Assembly (NCBI GenBank): GCA_964361095.1
Contig: CAYHZA010000005.1
Location: 19,080 to 67,102, forward strand
DNA: 48,023 nucleotides
Direction of reading: 5' to 3'
Source: an uncultured Candidatus Saccharibacteria bacterium
Lineage (GTDB): Bacteria; Patescibacteriota; Minisyncoccia; UBA6257; 2-01-FULL-56-20
The notes below the pieces were generated by a model. That model made no database searches. It was given only the letters and a program-made list of their open reading frames with translations, and had not been told where the DNA came from. Of the stretch, positions 19,960-29,519 are shown piece by piece (the first letter of the stretch is position 1; each line of letters opens with the position of its first letter). A program made the translations under genes and the position numbers.

Positions 19960-21237
19960 CTACCCCAATCGGTCGTTCTTGATAAATATTTTGAGTCCCT
20001 TGAGCCAAGTTTTTATTGCTTGGGAAAATGGCATGATTGAAACGAGATAGTTTAATTCAACTATCCCCTTGAGGATCCATCCCAAGAATCCGCTTACGAC
20101 GAAAGGCCCGATTTTCGCGATGGCGTATTTGCCGCCCACGGGAATGATATAAGGATAGTCCATGGGGTTATAGGTAGTATGGCGGACGCGAGGTACCTTT
20201 TTTTCTTCAAAGAGAATATCTTCGAGAATATTATGCGCCGCGATCGTGGCCTGGGAGAGCGCGGCGCGCGCGACTCCGGGAATAGCTTTTTTGGTTATGG
20301 GATCGTAGAAACAAACATTATCGCCGATCGCGTAGATTCGGGCGTGGAGTTTGAGGTTTGATGTCTGGGGGAGACACTCCATACCGCCGATAACTTTTAC
20401 GTGATTGCGAAGTTCTTCTTGTATCGGCAGGCGCGAAAGGATATCGGGAGCTTTGACGCCGCCCGTCCAGACAAGAACGTCATAGGGGACTTCTCTTCCC
20501 GATTGAAGAACAACGCTACCTTTTTTTGCGGTTGCGATTCTCTCCGGGGCTATGATTTTGACCGCGAGTTTTTGAAGCCGTTTTTCGGCAACTGAGATGA
20601 TTTTCGGTCCAAAACTTGAGAGGATCGTTGGTTGCGCCTCAATAATGGTTACATTGAGCCTGCATTTTTTGAATGTTTCTTCGAGTTCTCCGCACCACAT
20701 TTTTAATTCTCCCGCGAGTTCCACGCCGGTTGGCCCTCCTCCGCCGATAAGGATCTTAATGACATTCTTTCCTTCAAGAGCGAGATTCCACACAGCATTG
20801 CGTATGCGGATGGCATCGGAGAATGTTTTGAAAGAAAGCGCGTTTCCTCGCACTCCCGGAATATCAAAAAAATTGGCTTCGGAGCCAAGAGCCAGTACCA
20901 CATAATCACAGGTAATTTTATGTTTTTTATTAAGGAATAAGTCTCCCTCAATAAGATCGATCGCGGTAATTTCTCCTTGGGTAAAGCGGATAGGGTAATG
21001 CTTGAGAATGGTGTCGATCTTATACGCCGCGACTTCGTGGAGTGTTGGGAGATCCGCCGTTTCTTTTGAAGTTGTCGCGACTTCATAGAGGAGGGGCGTG
21101 TACGTGTGGTGATCGTTCCGGTCAACGAGCACGATCTCGTATTTTTCTCGGATGTCGAGCCGCCGAAGTTTTTTCGAGAGTATGATCGCCGTTCGCAGGC
21201 CGCCGAATCCGGCGCCTAAAATTACTATCTTTTTCAT
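19960..21237 (-). CDS. NAD(P)/FAD-dependent oxidoreductase (type II NADH dehydrogenase family)
   Basis: Start reassigned to MKKIVILGAGFGG. PLLYEVAT, GGGPTGVELAGE, IYAIGD. Confidence 0.9.
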   Translation of the reverse strand: MKKIVILGAGFGGLRTAIILSKKLRRLDIREKYEIVLVDRNDHHTYTPLLYEVATTSKETADLPTLHEVAAYKIDTILKHYPIRFTQGEITAIDLIEGDLFLNKKHKITCDYVVLALGSEANFFDIPGVRGNALSFKTFSDAIRIRNAVWNLALEGKNVIKILIGGGGPTGVELAGELKMWCGELEETFKKCRLNVTIIEAQPTILSSFGPKIISVAEKRLQKLAVKIIAPERIATAKKGSVVLQSGREVPYDVLVWTGGVKAPDILSRLPIQEELRNHVKVIGGMECLPQTSNLKLHARIYAIGDNVCFYDPITKKAIPGVARAALSQATIAAHNILEDILFEEKKVPRVRHTTYNPMDYPYIIPVGGKYAIAKIGPFVVSGFLGWILKGIVELNYLVSIMPFSQAIKTWLKGLKIFIKNDRLG

Positions 21238-21286
21238 GGTATGATTATACCAGTCGTGAGCGATTATCGGTAATAATGAAGTTTTT

Positions 21287-22393
21287 TTGATTTTTGTGAT
21301 CAATTTTTTAAGCAAGACAAAAAATAATAAACTCCGAGGAACCGCGATCGTGCGGCTCGATTTTAATACGGAAGACGAATGGCGAATGCGCGCCACGATT
21401 CCCACGATTCAATTCCTAAGGGAGACCGGAGTAAAGGTTGTGATCTTGAGCCACCGAGGACGGCCCAAGGGGGTCGATCACGCGTTAAGTTTGAAACAGA
21501 ACGCTAATGACCTTGAGTGTTTTCTTCGGCATAGGGTTGTCTTTGTGCCGCACTTTCGATTTCCCGAGATCAGAGAAATGATTCGCAGATCGGCCTCGGG
21601 TTCGGTGTTTCTTTTGGAAAATTTGAGGTTTTTACCCGGAGAGGAAAAAAATGATCCACGCCTCGCGAAACAACTTGCTTCGCTCGGCAATTTCTACGTC
21701 AATGATGCGTTTCCCGTTTCGCATCGTGCGGCGGCTTCCGTTTCGGCGATAACGAATTTTTTACCGAGTTATGGGGGATTGATTTTAGAGACAGAAATTT
21801 TGCATCTCTCGCGCGTTATGTATCGCCCCAAACGCCCGTTGCTTGTTATTTTGGGAGGGGCGAAGGCAAAGGATAAGCTACCCATGCTCCAGCATTTTAA
21901 AAACACCGCGGACCAGCTTATTGTCGGAGGAGCAACAAGTAATACGATCTTGAAGGCGCGTGGGATAAACATCGGCAACTCGATTCATGATGTTATTCCT
22001 CGGGAAATGATTAAGGAGATCATTCGTTATAAACATCTCATGTTGCCGATAGATTACGTGATCCATAAAAAAACTCTTCTTGATATCGGGAAGAAGACCC
22101 GTGCCGTAATTGCGAGTGAAATAAAAAAAGCGCGGACGATTATTTGGAATGGCCCCTTTGGACTTATCGAAAAAAAGGCTTTTTGCGGCGGTACGCTCGC
22201 CATTGCGAAGGCAATCGCCGCGAATCGGAATGCCTACTCAGTCGCGGGTGGGGGAGAAACAGTGATGTTTCTTAAGAAGTATCGCCTCGATAAAAAATTC
22301 AGTTTTATCTCAACCGGCGGCGGGGCGATGTTTTCGTTTTTAGCGGGTCAGAAATTGCCGGGAATTGAAGCGTTAAAAAATTCAAAAAAATGA
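21287..22393 (+). CDS. pgk: Phosphoglycerate kinase
   Basis: VRLDFN, LSHRGRP, LLENLRF, YVNDAF, GGAK, IWNGPFG, ISTGGGA. The start may be the GTG at 21296. Confidence 0.93.
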   Translation: MIFVINFLSKTKNNKLRGTAIVRLDFNTEDEWRMRATIPTIQFLRETGVKVVILSHRGRPKGVDHALSLKQNANDLECFLRHRVVFVPHFRFPEIREMIRRSASGSVFLLENLRFLPGEEKNDPRLAKQLASLGNFYVNDAFPVSHRAAASVSAITNFLPSYGGLILETEILHLSRVMYRPKRPLLVILGGAKAKDKLPMLQHFKNTADQLIVGGATSNTILKARGINIGNSIHDVIPREMIKEIIRYKHLMLPIDYVIHKKTLLDIGKKTRAVIASEIKKARTIIWNGPFGLIEKKAFCGGTLAIAKAIAANRNAYSVAGGGETVMFLKKYRLDKKFSFISTGGGAMFSFLAGQKLPGIEALKNSKK

Positions 22394-22548
22394 CCCAAGA
22401 AATCAAGACGTGCCAAAACTGCAAAAATCAGTTTACGACTCCGACGTTCCAGTCGGAGCCCCGACCCCCCTTGGGCGTCGGGGTCGAACCGGATCCACAG
22501 CCCCAGTTTCGACAAACTGGAGCTGGGCTCCGCTTTGTTTTAAACTAA
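22390..22548 (+). pseudogene. 5' stub of a homolog of the downstream Cys-rich gene, with an in-frame 45-bp hairpin insert
   Basis: MTQEIKTCQNCKNQFT...EPD resembles MFSTETKICQNCKVSFVID. Its ATG overlaps the pgk stop. Insert at 22439-22483. Confidence 0.75.
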
Positions 22549-22552
22549 TTCT

Positions 22553-24343
22553 ATGTTTTCTACCGAAACTAAAATTTGCCAAAATTGTAAAGTCTCCTTT
22601 GTAATAGACGCTTCGGATTTTGCGTTTTATGAGCGCATACAAGTCCCGCCGCCCACGTTTTGCTGGCTTTGTCGTGCTCAACGACGAATGGCGTTTCGCA
22701 ATGAACGTATTCTCTACAAGAGGAAAAGTGATTTTAGCGACAAGGATATTTTTAGCATGTATTCACTCGAATCAGGCTATAAGGTTTACGAGAAAGAAAT
22801 TTGGCTTACCGACCAATGGAATCCACTAGAATATGGGCAAGAATATGATTTTAGCCGACCGTTTTTTGAGCAGTTTGACGAATTGCTCCATAAAGTCCCG
22901 TTGAAAAATCTGAATGTCGTGAATGGAGTGAACAGCGACTATAGCAACAACTTTACCGAACCCAAAAATTGCTACCTATGCTTCAATGGCAATCAGTCCG
23001 AGGACTGCATGTACAGCCACGGAATTACTTTCTGTCGTGATTGTGTAGACGTTTCCCATCTTTCAAAATGTGAGAGTTGCTATGACAGTTTTTGGCTGAC
23101 TTCCTGTACGACGAACGTCGGTTGCAACAATTGTGAAAGTTCTTTTAATCTATGGTTTTCAAAAAACTGCGCTGGTTGTTCGGATTGCGTAGGATGTGTT
23201 GGTCTGCGAAAAAAGCAATACCACATTTTCAATCAGCCTTATTCCAAGGAAGATTATCAGGCAAAACTTAAAGAATTAAATCTTGGCTCATATGGTGAGT
23301 ATCAAAAGGTTAGAGCACAAGCTCATGATTTTTGGTCGAAGTTCCCAAACAAGTTCATCGAGGGTCTTCACAACACGCGGGTAAGCGGAAACTATATTGA
23401 TCATTCCAAAGATGTTAAAAATTCTTTTTTGGTGCGCGAAGGAGAGCATCTCAAGTTTTGTCAGTACATTCAGGAACTGCCAGGTTGTAAGGACTGTTAT
23501 GATTGGTCAATTTGGGGCGATAATGGGCAGTTGATGTACGAGTGTCACGCCTGCGGCATCGGAACTCAAAACGTCCGATTTTGCCTCTTTACCCAGGAGG
23601 ATTCCCACGATATTGAATACTCTATGGTTTGCAGCGGCTCAAGTTATCTATTCGGCTGCGTGGGTTTGCGCAAGAAGCAGTATTGCATTTTGAACAAGCA
23701 ATACAGCAAAGAAGAATACGAAAAATTACTGCCGAAAATTCGAGAGCATATGAGCTCCATGCCGTATAAAGATCAACAGGGGCGATTGTATCAATATGGC
23801 GAATTTTTCCCGATAGAGTTGAGTCCAGTGGGGTATAACGAATCTATGGCTCAAGAATACTTTCCGTTGGATAAGCAAACGGCTACGGCTCAAGGTTATA
23901 AATGGCGTGAGCCCGCCGATCGTAAGTACGCTCCAACGATCAACGCAGCCGATTTACCAGACCATATAAAAGATGTTTCCGATTCGATTACGAAAGACGT
24001 GATTGCGTGTGCGCATGCGGGCGTGGAGTGTAACCAACTGTGTGTAGATGCTTTCCGAATTACCCAAGATGAGCTTAATTTTTATCGTAAATTAGGTTTG
24101 CCACTGCCGCGACTTTGCCACAACTGCCGCACGTTCGAACGGCTTAAGCAACGCACTGGCTTAAAATTGTATCCGAGAAAATGCCAATGCGAAGGAGTGC
24201 AATCTCAAAACAGCACTTACAAAAATACTGTTGCTCATTTTCACGGCGAAGCTCATTGTCCCAACGAATTCGAAACCTCCTACGCTCCCGACCGCCCCGA
24301 GATCGTCTACTGTGAACAGTGTTATCAAGCTGAAGTAGTATAA
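22553..24343 (+). CDS. Large Cys-rich hypothetical protein (terminal CxxC zinc ribbons, central Cys-rich short repeats)
   Basis: CQNC, PPPTFCWLCR, many CxxC units, PLPRLCHNCR, YCEQCY. Confidence 0.85.
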   Translation: MFSTETKICQNCKVSFVIDASDFAFYERIQVPPPTFCWLCRAQRRMAFRNERILYKRKSDFSDKDIFSMYSLESGYKVYEKEIWLTDQWNPLEYGQEYDFSRPFFEQFDELLHKVPLKNLNVVNGVNSDYSNNFTEPKNCYLCFNGNQSEDCMYSHGITFCRDCVDVSHLSKCESCYDSFWLTSCTTNVGCNNCESSFNLWFSKNCAGCSDCVGCVGLRKKQYHIFNQPYSKEDYQAKLKELNLGSYGEYQKVRAQAHDFWSKFPNKFIEGLHNTRVSGNYIDHSKDVKNSFLVREGEHLKFCQYIQELPGCKDCYDWSIWGDNGQLMYECHACGIGTQNVRFCLFTQEDSHDIEYSMVCSGSSYLFGCVGLRKKQYCILNKQYSKEEYEKLLPKIREHMSSMPYKDQQGRLYQYGEFFPIELSPVGYNESMAQEYFPLDKQTATAQGYKWREPADRKYAPTINAADLPDHIKDVSDSITKDVIACAHAGVECNQLCVDAFRITQDELNFYRKLGLPLPRLCHNCRTFERLKQRTGLKLYPRKCQCEGVQSQNSTYKNTVAHFHGEAHCPNEFETSYAPDRPEIVYCEQCYQAEVV

Positions 24344-24351
24344 GAGCACGA

Positions 24352-24495
24352 TTCATCCTGCCTGCTCTGAGTTTATCGAAGGGAGTGAGCGAAGCGAGTC
24401 GAAGGGTGAGCAGTGTTATCAAGCGGAAGTTGTATAAATATCGAGTAGAAGGTTCCGACGTTTCAGTCGGAGTCCTGACCTTGCGGCGTCGGGGT
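24352..24495. repeat. REP-like hairpin cluster surrounding a duplicated gene 3' end
   Basis: Nested ...TCGAAGGG units at 24352-24406. 24406-24437 copies 24312-24343 at 29/32. Double hairpin at 24453-24495 resembles 22439-22483. Confidence 0.75.
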
Positions 24496-24565
24496 AGAAA
24501 TCAGGCAGTAGATAGTAGAAAAACAGGAATTTGTCTAATTTATTGCGGTATGCTATTCTCAATAC

Positions 24566-24766
24566 ATGGCAAGCAACATTGCAACCATTTCTAAAAAAGT
24601 AAGCAACGGCGAAGAACTTGTGGTAATCCGCCGGAAAGATTTTGACGCTTTTAAGAGGTGGCAGGATGAAGTGCAGGACGCACTCCACAAAGTCAAGCGG
24701 GGGCGGATGGAGTACCGGCGTGGCAGAACTGCCATAGCTTCCTCGCCGCGCGAATTTCGGAAATAA
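24566..24766 (+). CDS. Putative type II antitoxin
   Basis: 66-aa ORF immediately upstream of a RelE-like toxin; ELVVIRRKDF. Confidence 0.7.
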   Translation: MASNIATISKKVSNGEELVVIRRKDFDAFKRWQDEVQDALHKVKRGRMEYRRGRTAIASSPREFRK

Positions 24767-24768
24767 CC

Positions 24769-25041
24769 GTGAACCGCGCGTCGAAGTTCGTCGTTCATTA
24801 CACCTCGGATTTCCAAAAGGCATATAAGCGGTTGCCCCGCCGTATTCAAAATGCCGTAGATCGCAAAGATAAGATCTTCCGGCGCGATCCATTTCATCCG
24901 AGCTTGCAAACGCATAAACTTCACGGCAACCTCAAAGAGTTGTGGTCATTTTGGATAACGCGGGATTACCGCGTCCTTTTTGAATTTATGGAAGATGGCG
25001 CAATTTTATACGATGTCGGAACTCACGAGATTTATCGATAG
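24769..25041 (+). CDS. RelE/YafQ-family mRNA interferase toxin
   Basis: F.KAYKRLP, PSLQTHKLHG, WSFWITRDYRVLF, DVGTHEIY. Confidence 0.85.
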   Translation: MNRASKFVVHYTSDFQKAYKRLPRRIQNAVDRKDKIFRRDPFHPSLQTHKLHGNLKELWSFWITRDYRVLFEFMEDGAILYDVGTHEIYR

Positions 25042-25142
25042 AAATGGATAAAAAATTAATTTCCAAACTTTTAACTGTCATTTTGATTTTTGCCTGCCCG
25101 CCAAAATCCGCCAGCTGGCGGAGAAGGCGGGATTTTTAATTT

Positions 25143-26069
25143 ATGTTGTACGACATCTATTTCCACAACGATTTTGATGGCCGCGCGTCGGCGGCGGTGA
25201 TGCGCTATTTTTTGGTGCGACAAGGGGATACGATAGGGAACTATATTCCGGTAAATTTTGACATCGGACCGCGATGGGCAGGCCTCAAATTTCCCAACCC
25301 CGCGATTATCGTTGATTTTATCTATCACCCGAAAGCAACGTGGTGGTTCGATCATCATCGCACCTCTTTCACGCGCGCCGATTGGCAAAAAGCGTTCCGC
25401 AAGAGTCGTTTTCTGGTATGGGACAAGGACTATCCTTCGTGCTGCCATCTTGTCATTGATTATTTGAAAAAGAATTTTGGCTTTACAATACCAAAGCACC
25501 TTAAAGAATTGGCTCGGTGGCTTGACGTCGTTGATGCCGCGCAATTTAAGTCGGCTCGCCAGACCATCGAGATAAAAGAACCGGCGCTTCAGCTTGCCGC
25601 TTTTATCGACCGATTCGGCAAGGGGAAAGAATCGCTCGCGTGGCTTATCGAACTTTTGAGTGAACAATCAATTGAGGACGTCATGAAAGACGCTCGGATA
25701 AAAAAAATGATCGGTACGATAAAAGCCGATCAAAAAAAATCTTTGGCGTTTTATCGTAAAGAGCTTGCGATCTCCGGAAAGGTTGCCTTTATGGATTTTA
25801 CCGCCGCTCGGGTTCCCGAGCTTCGGTTCGCGCCCTTCTTTCTTTATCCAAAGCTCACCTACGGCATGGTGCTTAAAAAAAGCGTGAAGAGTTATCATTT
25901 GACGCTCGGCATCAATCCGTGGCGGCGCTTCGCGTCTCGTCTCGACATCAGCGCGCTCCTTAAGAAATACGGCGGGGGAGGGCATCGTTATGTGGGCGGA
26001 GTTCAAATCGAAACACGGGCGAAGGCGGAAAAAATAATCAACGAATTGCTGGTATTTCTAAATACATGA
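25143..26069 (+). CDS. DHH/DHHA1 family phosphoesterase
   Basis: HNDFDG, IVDF, FDHH, GGGGH. Confidence 0.85.
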   Translation: MLYDIYFHNDFDGRASAAVMRYFLVRQGDTIGNYIPVNFDIGPRWAGLKFPNPAIIVDFIYHPKATWWFDHHRTSFTRADWQKAFRKSRFLVWDKDYPSCCHLVIDYLKKNFGFTIPKHLKELARWLDVVDAAQFKSARQTIEIKEPALQLAAFIDRFGKGKESLAWLIELLSEQSIEDVMKDARIKKMIGTIKADQKKSLAFYRKELAISGKVAFMDFTAARVPELRFAPFFLYPKLTYGMVLKKSVKSYHLTLGINPWRRFASRLDISALLKKYGGGGHRYVGGVQIETRAKAEKIINELLVFLNT

Positions 26070-26494
26070 AAGAGAAATCATTATTCGGAAGCGGAAAGCT
26101 TATTATTTATACCGATGGCGGTTCAAGAGGAAATCCTGGTTCTTCCGCCGCAGGTTTTGTAGTGGGGGACAAAGAATACGGCGAATATTTAGGAATTCAA
26201 ACGAATAACTACGCGGAATATATGGCGCTTATTCTTGCTCTAAAAAAAGCAAAAGCGCTCTTGGGAAAAACGAAAGCAAAACAAATGGAAGTCGAAGTCC
26301 GAATGGATTCCGAACTTATCGTGCGACATATGAACGGAATATATAGAATTATGGAGCCGGATCTAAAACCGCTTTTCGTGGATGTGTGGAATTTGCGGAT
26401 GGATTTTAAAAAAATAGAATTTAAGCACATTCCCCGCGAGCAGAATAAACGCGCGGATAGGATGGTGAATGAGGCGCTTGACGCGAAACAGTAA
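26066..26494 (+). CDS. rnhA: Ribonuclease HI family protein
   Basis: YTDGGSRGNPG, TNNYAEY, DSELIV, HIPREQNKRAD. Confidence 0.9.
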   Translation: MKEKSLFGSGKLIIYTDGGSRGNPGSSAAGFVVGDKEYGEYLGIQTNNYAEYMALILALKKAKALLGKTKAKQMEVEVRMDSELIVRHMNGIYRIMEPDLKPLFVDVWNLRMDFKKIEFKHIPREQNKRADRMVNEALDAKQ

Positions 26495-26505
26495 ATAAAA
26501 ACTAT

Positions 26506-27489
26506 ATGCCAATTTTTCCTAAAAAACTTGAGACAGGTGATCTAATACGTGTTATAGCTCCATCTCAGTCTCTTTCGATTATTGCTTCGGGATCGCGCTC
26601 TGTCGCGGATCGTCGTTTTGGAGAAATGGGGCTTAATCTCACGTTCGGAAAACATGTGGATGAAAGCGATCTTTTTTATTCATCGAGTATTGAAGCCCGT
26701 ATAAAAGATTTTCACGAAGCTTTCAATGATGAAACAGTAAAAGCCATTTTTGCGGTTATCGGCGGTTTTAATGCGAACCAATTGCTAAGATATATCGATT
26801 GGGAGCTTCTAAAACAAAACCCAAAAATATTTTGTGGGTATTCGGATACTACGGCGCTACAAAACGCTCTATTCGCAAAAACCGGCCTGGTCACGTATTC
26901 GGGACCTGCGTATTCGACTTTTGGACAAGAGCTTTATTTTGATTATACTTCCGAGTATTTTAAGAAGTGTATTTTTTCTAACGATTCGTTTGAAATAAAT
27001 CCTTCCGAAAAATGGACTGATGACCGATGGTGGGAAAATCAGCTTGATAGAAATCCTATTACCAACTCTGGTTGGTTGGTCGCACACGAAGGTGAAGCCG
27101 AGGGGACGATTTTAGGAGGTAATCTCTGTACCTTAAACTTGCTTCAAGGAACAGAATACTTTCCCGATCTTAATGATTCGATTCTTTTTCTCGAGGATGA
27201 TGAGGTTTCAAAATCCGTTGATTTTGATCGAGATCTACAGTCGCTTATTCATCAGCCAAGTTTTACGGGCGTGAGGGGATTTGTAATCGGAAGGTTTCAA
27301 AAAACAAGCAATATGACAGATGAAATGCTCGCTAATATCATAGCGAGTAAAAAAGAATTATCGAATCTTCCGATTATTGCAAATGTTGATTTTGGACACA
27401 CCAGTCCGATGATTACATTTCCTATCGGTGGTACCGCGCACCTGCGCGCAAAGAAAGACAATTCATTGCTTAAGATTTTGAAGCATTAA
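26506..27489 (+). CDS. Peptidase S66 (LD-carboxypeptidase/MccF-like)
   Basis: IAPS, GYSDTT (Ser), GGNL, FLED (Glu), DFGHT (His). Confidence 0.88.
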   Translation: MPIFPKKLETGDLIRVIAPSQSLSIIASGSRSVADRRFGEMGLNLTFGKHVDESDLFYSSSIEARIKDFHEAFNDETVKAIFAVIGGFNANQLLRYIDWELLKQNPKIFCGYSDTTALQNALFAKTGLVTYSGPAYSTFGQELYFDYTSEYFKKCIFSNDSFEINPSEKWTDDRWWENQLDRNPITNSGWLVAHEGEAEGTILGGNLCTLNLLQGTEYFPDLNDSILFLEDDEVSKSVDFDRDLQSLIHQPSFTGVRGFVIGRFQKTSNMTDEMLANIIASKKELSNLPIIANVDFGHTSPMITFPIGGTAHLRAKKDNSLLKILKH

Positions 27490-27491
27490 AA

Positions 27492-27929
27492 AACCGGCAG
27501 CGCGTAAGCCGGATTCTGTTCCGCCAGTTGGCGGAGGGTAATAATTTATCTGGGTCCCAGAGCACATAGGAATTATGTGCTCGGCCGCGCTCATAAGTTT
27601 TATGAGCGCTGGCTTGATTACTCGCGGACTCAAGCGGCACTCCCGATCGCTTTCGCGATTTAAGGCACGACCTTGCACCCAGTAAGGATTTAGCCGTTTC
27701 ACTTCCGCTTTGTATCCCTATAGCGGAATTGGACCTTCTACGTTGGGATGGGGTCCCTCCGACCCTTTCGCGTCGGAGCGTCACTGCTCGCACCTCTATC
27801 CTTGCGGACGACGGCTGTTAGCCGCTACCTTTTTACCAAGCACATAAATCATGTGCTATGGTGGTGTCCGGACTTTCCTCCGAGCACATAAATTCTTTAT
27901 GTGCTCGGCTATTACCTGCGCTACCGATT
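27492..27929 (-). ncRNA. rnpB: RNase P RNA
   Basis: Minus strand has GAGGAAAGTCCGGACAC (27864-27880) and ACAGAATCCGGCTTAC near 27503-27518. The ends 27493-27503 and 27918-27928 pair as P1. Confidence 0.95.
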
Positions 27930-28109
27930 TTTCAAAATAAGTATAACTAATTTTTGCGAATTGTCAAATTTTAGAATCCCGCTTACGAATTGCCCCAAAC
28001 CCCGCCCACAAGGCGGGGTTTATGGTATGATAAAGATAGAGTGTCTTTATAGAAAATCCCTCTAAGGAATTTTCTAAAGGTCGAAAATAATAATAAAAAT
28101 ATTATTTTT

Positions 28110-28331
28110 ATGAAAAATCTTCACAAACTTACCTTCATACTTCTTATTATCGGAGGTTTGAATTGGCTCTTGATAGGTCTCGGCGGATCGGATTGGAATC
28201 TTATAGAGAAGTTAGCCGGACAAGGAACCCCTATCTCGATGATTATATATATTTTAGTTGGCCTGTCGGCAGTTGTCGAAATTGTAAAGCACAAGAGCAA
28301 CTGTAAGTGGTGCGGAACGTCCGCGATGTAG
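28110..28331 (+). CDS. DUF378 family small membrane protein
   Basis: LLIIGGLNWLLIG, IIYILVGLSA. Confidence 0.85.
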   Translation: MKNLHKLTFILLIIGGLNWLLIGLGGSDWNLIEKLAGQGTPISMIIYILVGLSAVVEIVKHKSNCKWCGTSAM

Positions 28332-28350
28332 GTTATATATTTTTATAGTG

Positions 28351-28386
28351 AAAAAACCGCCGAATCCATTATGGACCGGCGGTTTT
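28351..28386. terminator. Bidirectional terminator
   Basis: AAAACCGCC...GGCGGTTTT between convergent genes. Confidence 0.7.
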
Positions 28387-28418
28387 CTGTTTTTGCAGGA
28401 GGAGTATCTGCGATGGAT

Positions 28419-28796
28419 TTAGGCTATCGTTCCCTCGAGGATTTCGTACTGCCACCCATGGACGAGTTTACAGTGATATGATTTCGGCAACACGGTTCCC
28501 CAAAGAGCTACTTCGAATTCTCCGCGATACCACTCGCCCTCGCTGTTGCGGTAAACCATTCCGCTCGCGCAGACGGCATGGCGCGTGCGAAGGCTGTCTC
28601 GGAAGACGAACGCGAACTTTACGTAGCGCTGAGAGATGCCGTTGTCCGAGGGATTCCCATAGTATTCACAGGACATGTTAATCCACGGCCTTATGAGGAT
28701 ATCGCGTTCCTCCTGCATGCTCTCGAAAATCGATCGGAGCATCCACGCCGCCGCGGTTACGGACTCGAGAATTTTTACTTTATACGACTGACTCAT
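28419..28796 (-). CDS. Hypothetical protein
   Basis: Strong SD (AAGGAGG) and a consensus promoter upstream; no recognisable motif. Confidence 0.65.
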   Translation of the reverse strand: MSQSYKVKILESVTAAAWMLRSIFESMQEERDILIRPWINMSCEYYGNPSDNGISQRYVKFAFVFRDSLRTRHAVCASGMVYRNSEGEWYRGEFEVALWGTVLPKSYHCKLVHGWQYEILEGTIA

Positions 28797-28859
28797 TGCT
28801 TCCTCCTTGAGATGCGGGACACGAAGAAGATCAAATTAGGTTGAGATGTTCTATGTAAC

Positions 28860-28887
28860 ATTATAGCATAAATATACTCTCTGTCAA
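28860..28887 (-). promoter_or_regulatory. Consensus sigma70 promoter
   Basis: TTGACA-16nt-TATAAT with an extended TG. Confidence 0.75.
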
Positions 28888-28907
28888 TATTTGTTATACT
28901 GAAGTCC

Positions 28908-29519
28908 ATGCGCAAGGCATTATCTGCTGGATTTTTCGATAAACCAACGGTTTCTGTGGCAAGGAGCCTTCTTGGTAAGTTCTTGGTTTGTAAAGTTCCC
29001 CCGACGCGTGGACGGTCGGGGCGTCGCTCACACGTTATCGCGGCGATGATTACCGAGGTTGAGGCATACGACGGATTTCGCGATAAGGCCTCGCATGCCG
29101 CGCGCGGAAAAACAAAAAGAAACACTCCTATGTTTGGTCAGCCCGGATATTGGTATGTGTATTTTACCTATGGAATCCACTGGATGTTGAATGTTGTAAC
29201 CGGGAAAGTTGGATACCCCGCGGCGGTTTTGATTCGCGGTCTTCACGGCATAAACGGTCCGGCGCGCCTTACGAAGAAGCTGAACGTTGATGGCAGATTT
29301 AATAATTTGCCCGCGAATCGCAAGACCGGACTTTGGATTGAAGATAGGGGATATAAGTTAAGGAACGGCAAAATTTACCCTCCTTCGCCAAGGCTTCGGA
29401 AGGGTGATTCTCCAGGACGGAGAATCAAAAAATCCCCGCGAGTCGGAGTTTCGTATGCCGGAAAATATTGGGCCGGACGGCACTATCGGTTTTCTATCAA
29501 GGAGTCGAGTTCGGCTTAG
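28908..29519 (+). CDS. 3-methyladenine DNA glycosylase (MPG/AAG family)
   Basis: VARSLLGKFL, ITEVEAYDG, YVYFTYGIHWMLNVV, AVLIRG, GPARLTK, PRVGV. Confidence 0.92.
   Translation: MRKALSAGFFDKPTVSVARSLLGKFLVCKVPPTRGRSGRRSHVIAAMITEVEAYDGFRDKASHAARGKTKRNTPMFGQPGYWYVYFTYGIHWMLNVVTGKVGYPAAVLIRGLHGINGPARLTKKLNVDGRFNNLPANRKTGLWIEDRGYKLRNGKIYPPSPRLRKGDSPGRRIKKSPRVGVSYAGKYWAGRHYRFSIKESSSA

Noticed and set aside
24312-24437. Diversity-generating retroelement VR/TR pair
   Set aside because: Only 32 bp, mismatches are synonymous and include a T/G change, and there is no reverse transcriptase in the window.
26506-27489. MccF as immunity gene for the ThiF or RiPP locus
   Set aside because: It is more than 10 kb away among housekeeping genes, and the ThiF is MoeY-like rather than MccB-like.
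27463-27793. ORFs of 79 and 107 aa on the minus strand
   Set aside because: They lie within the RNase P RNA.
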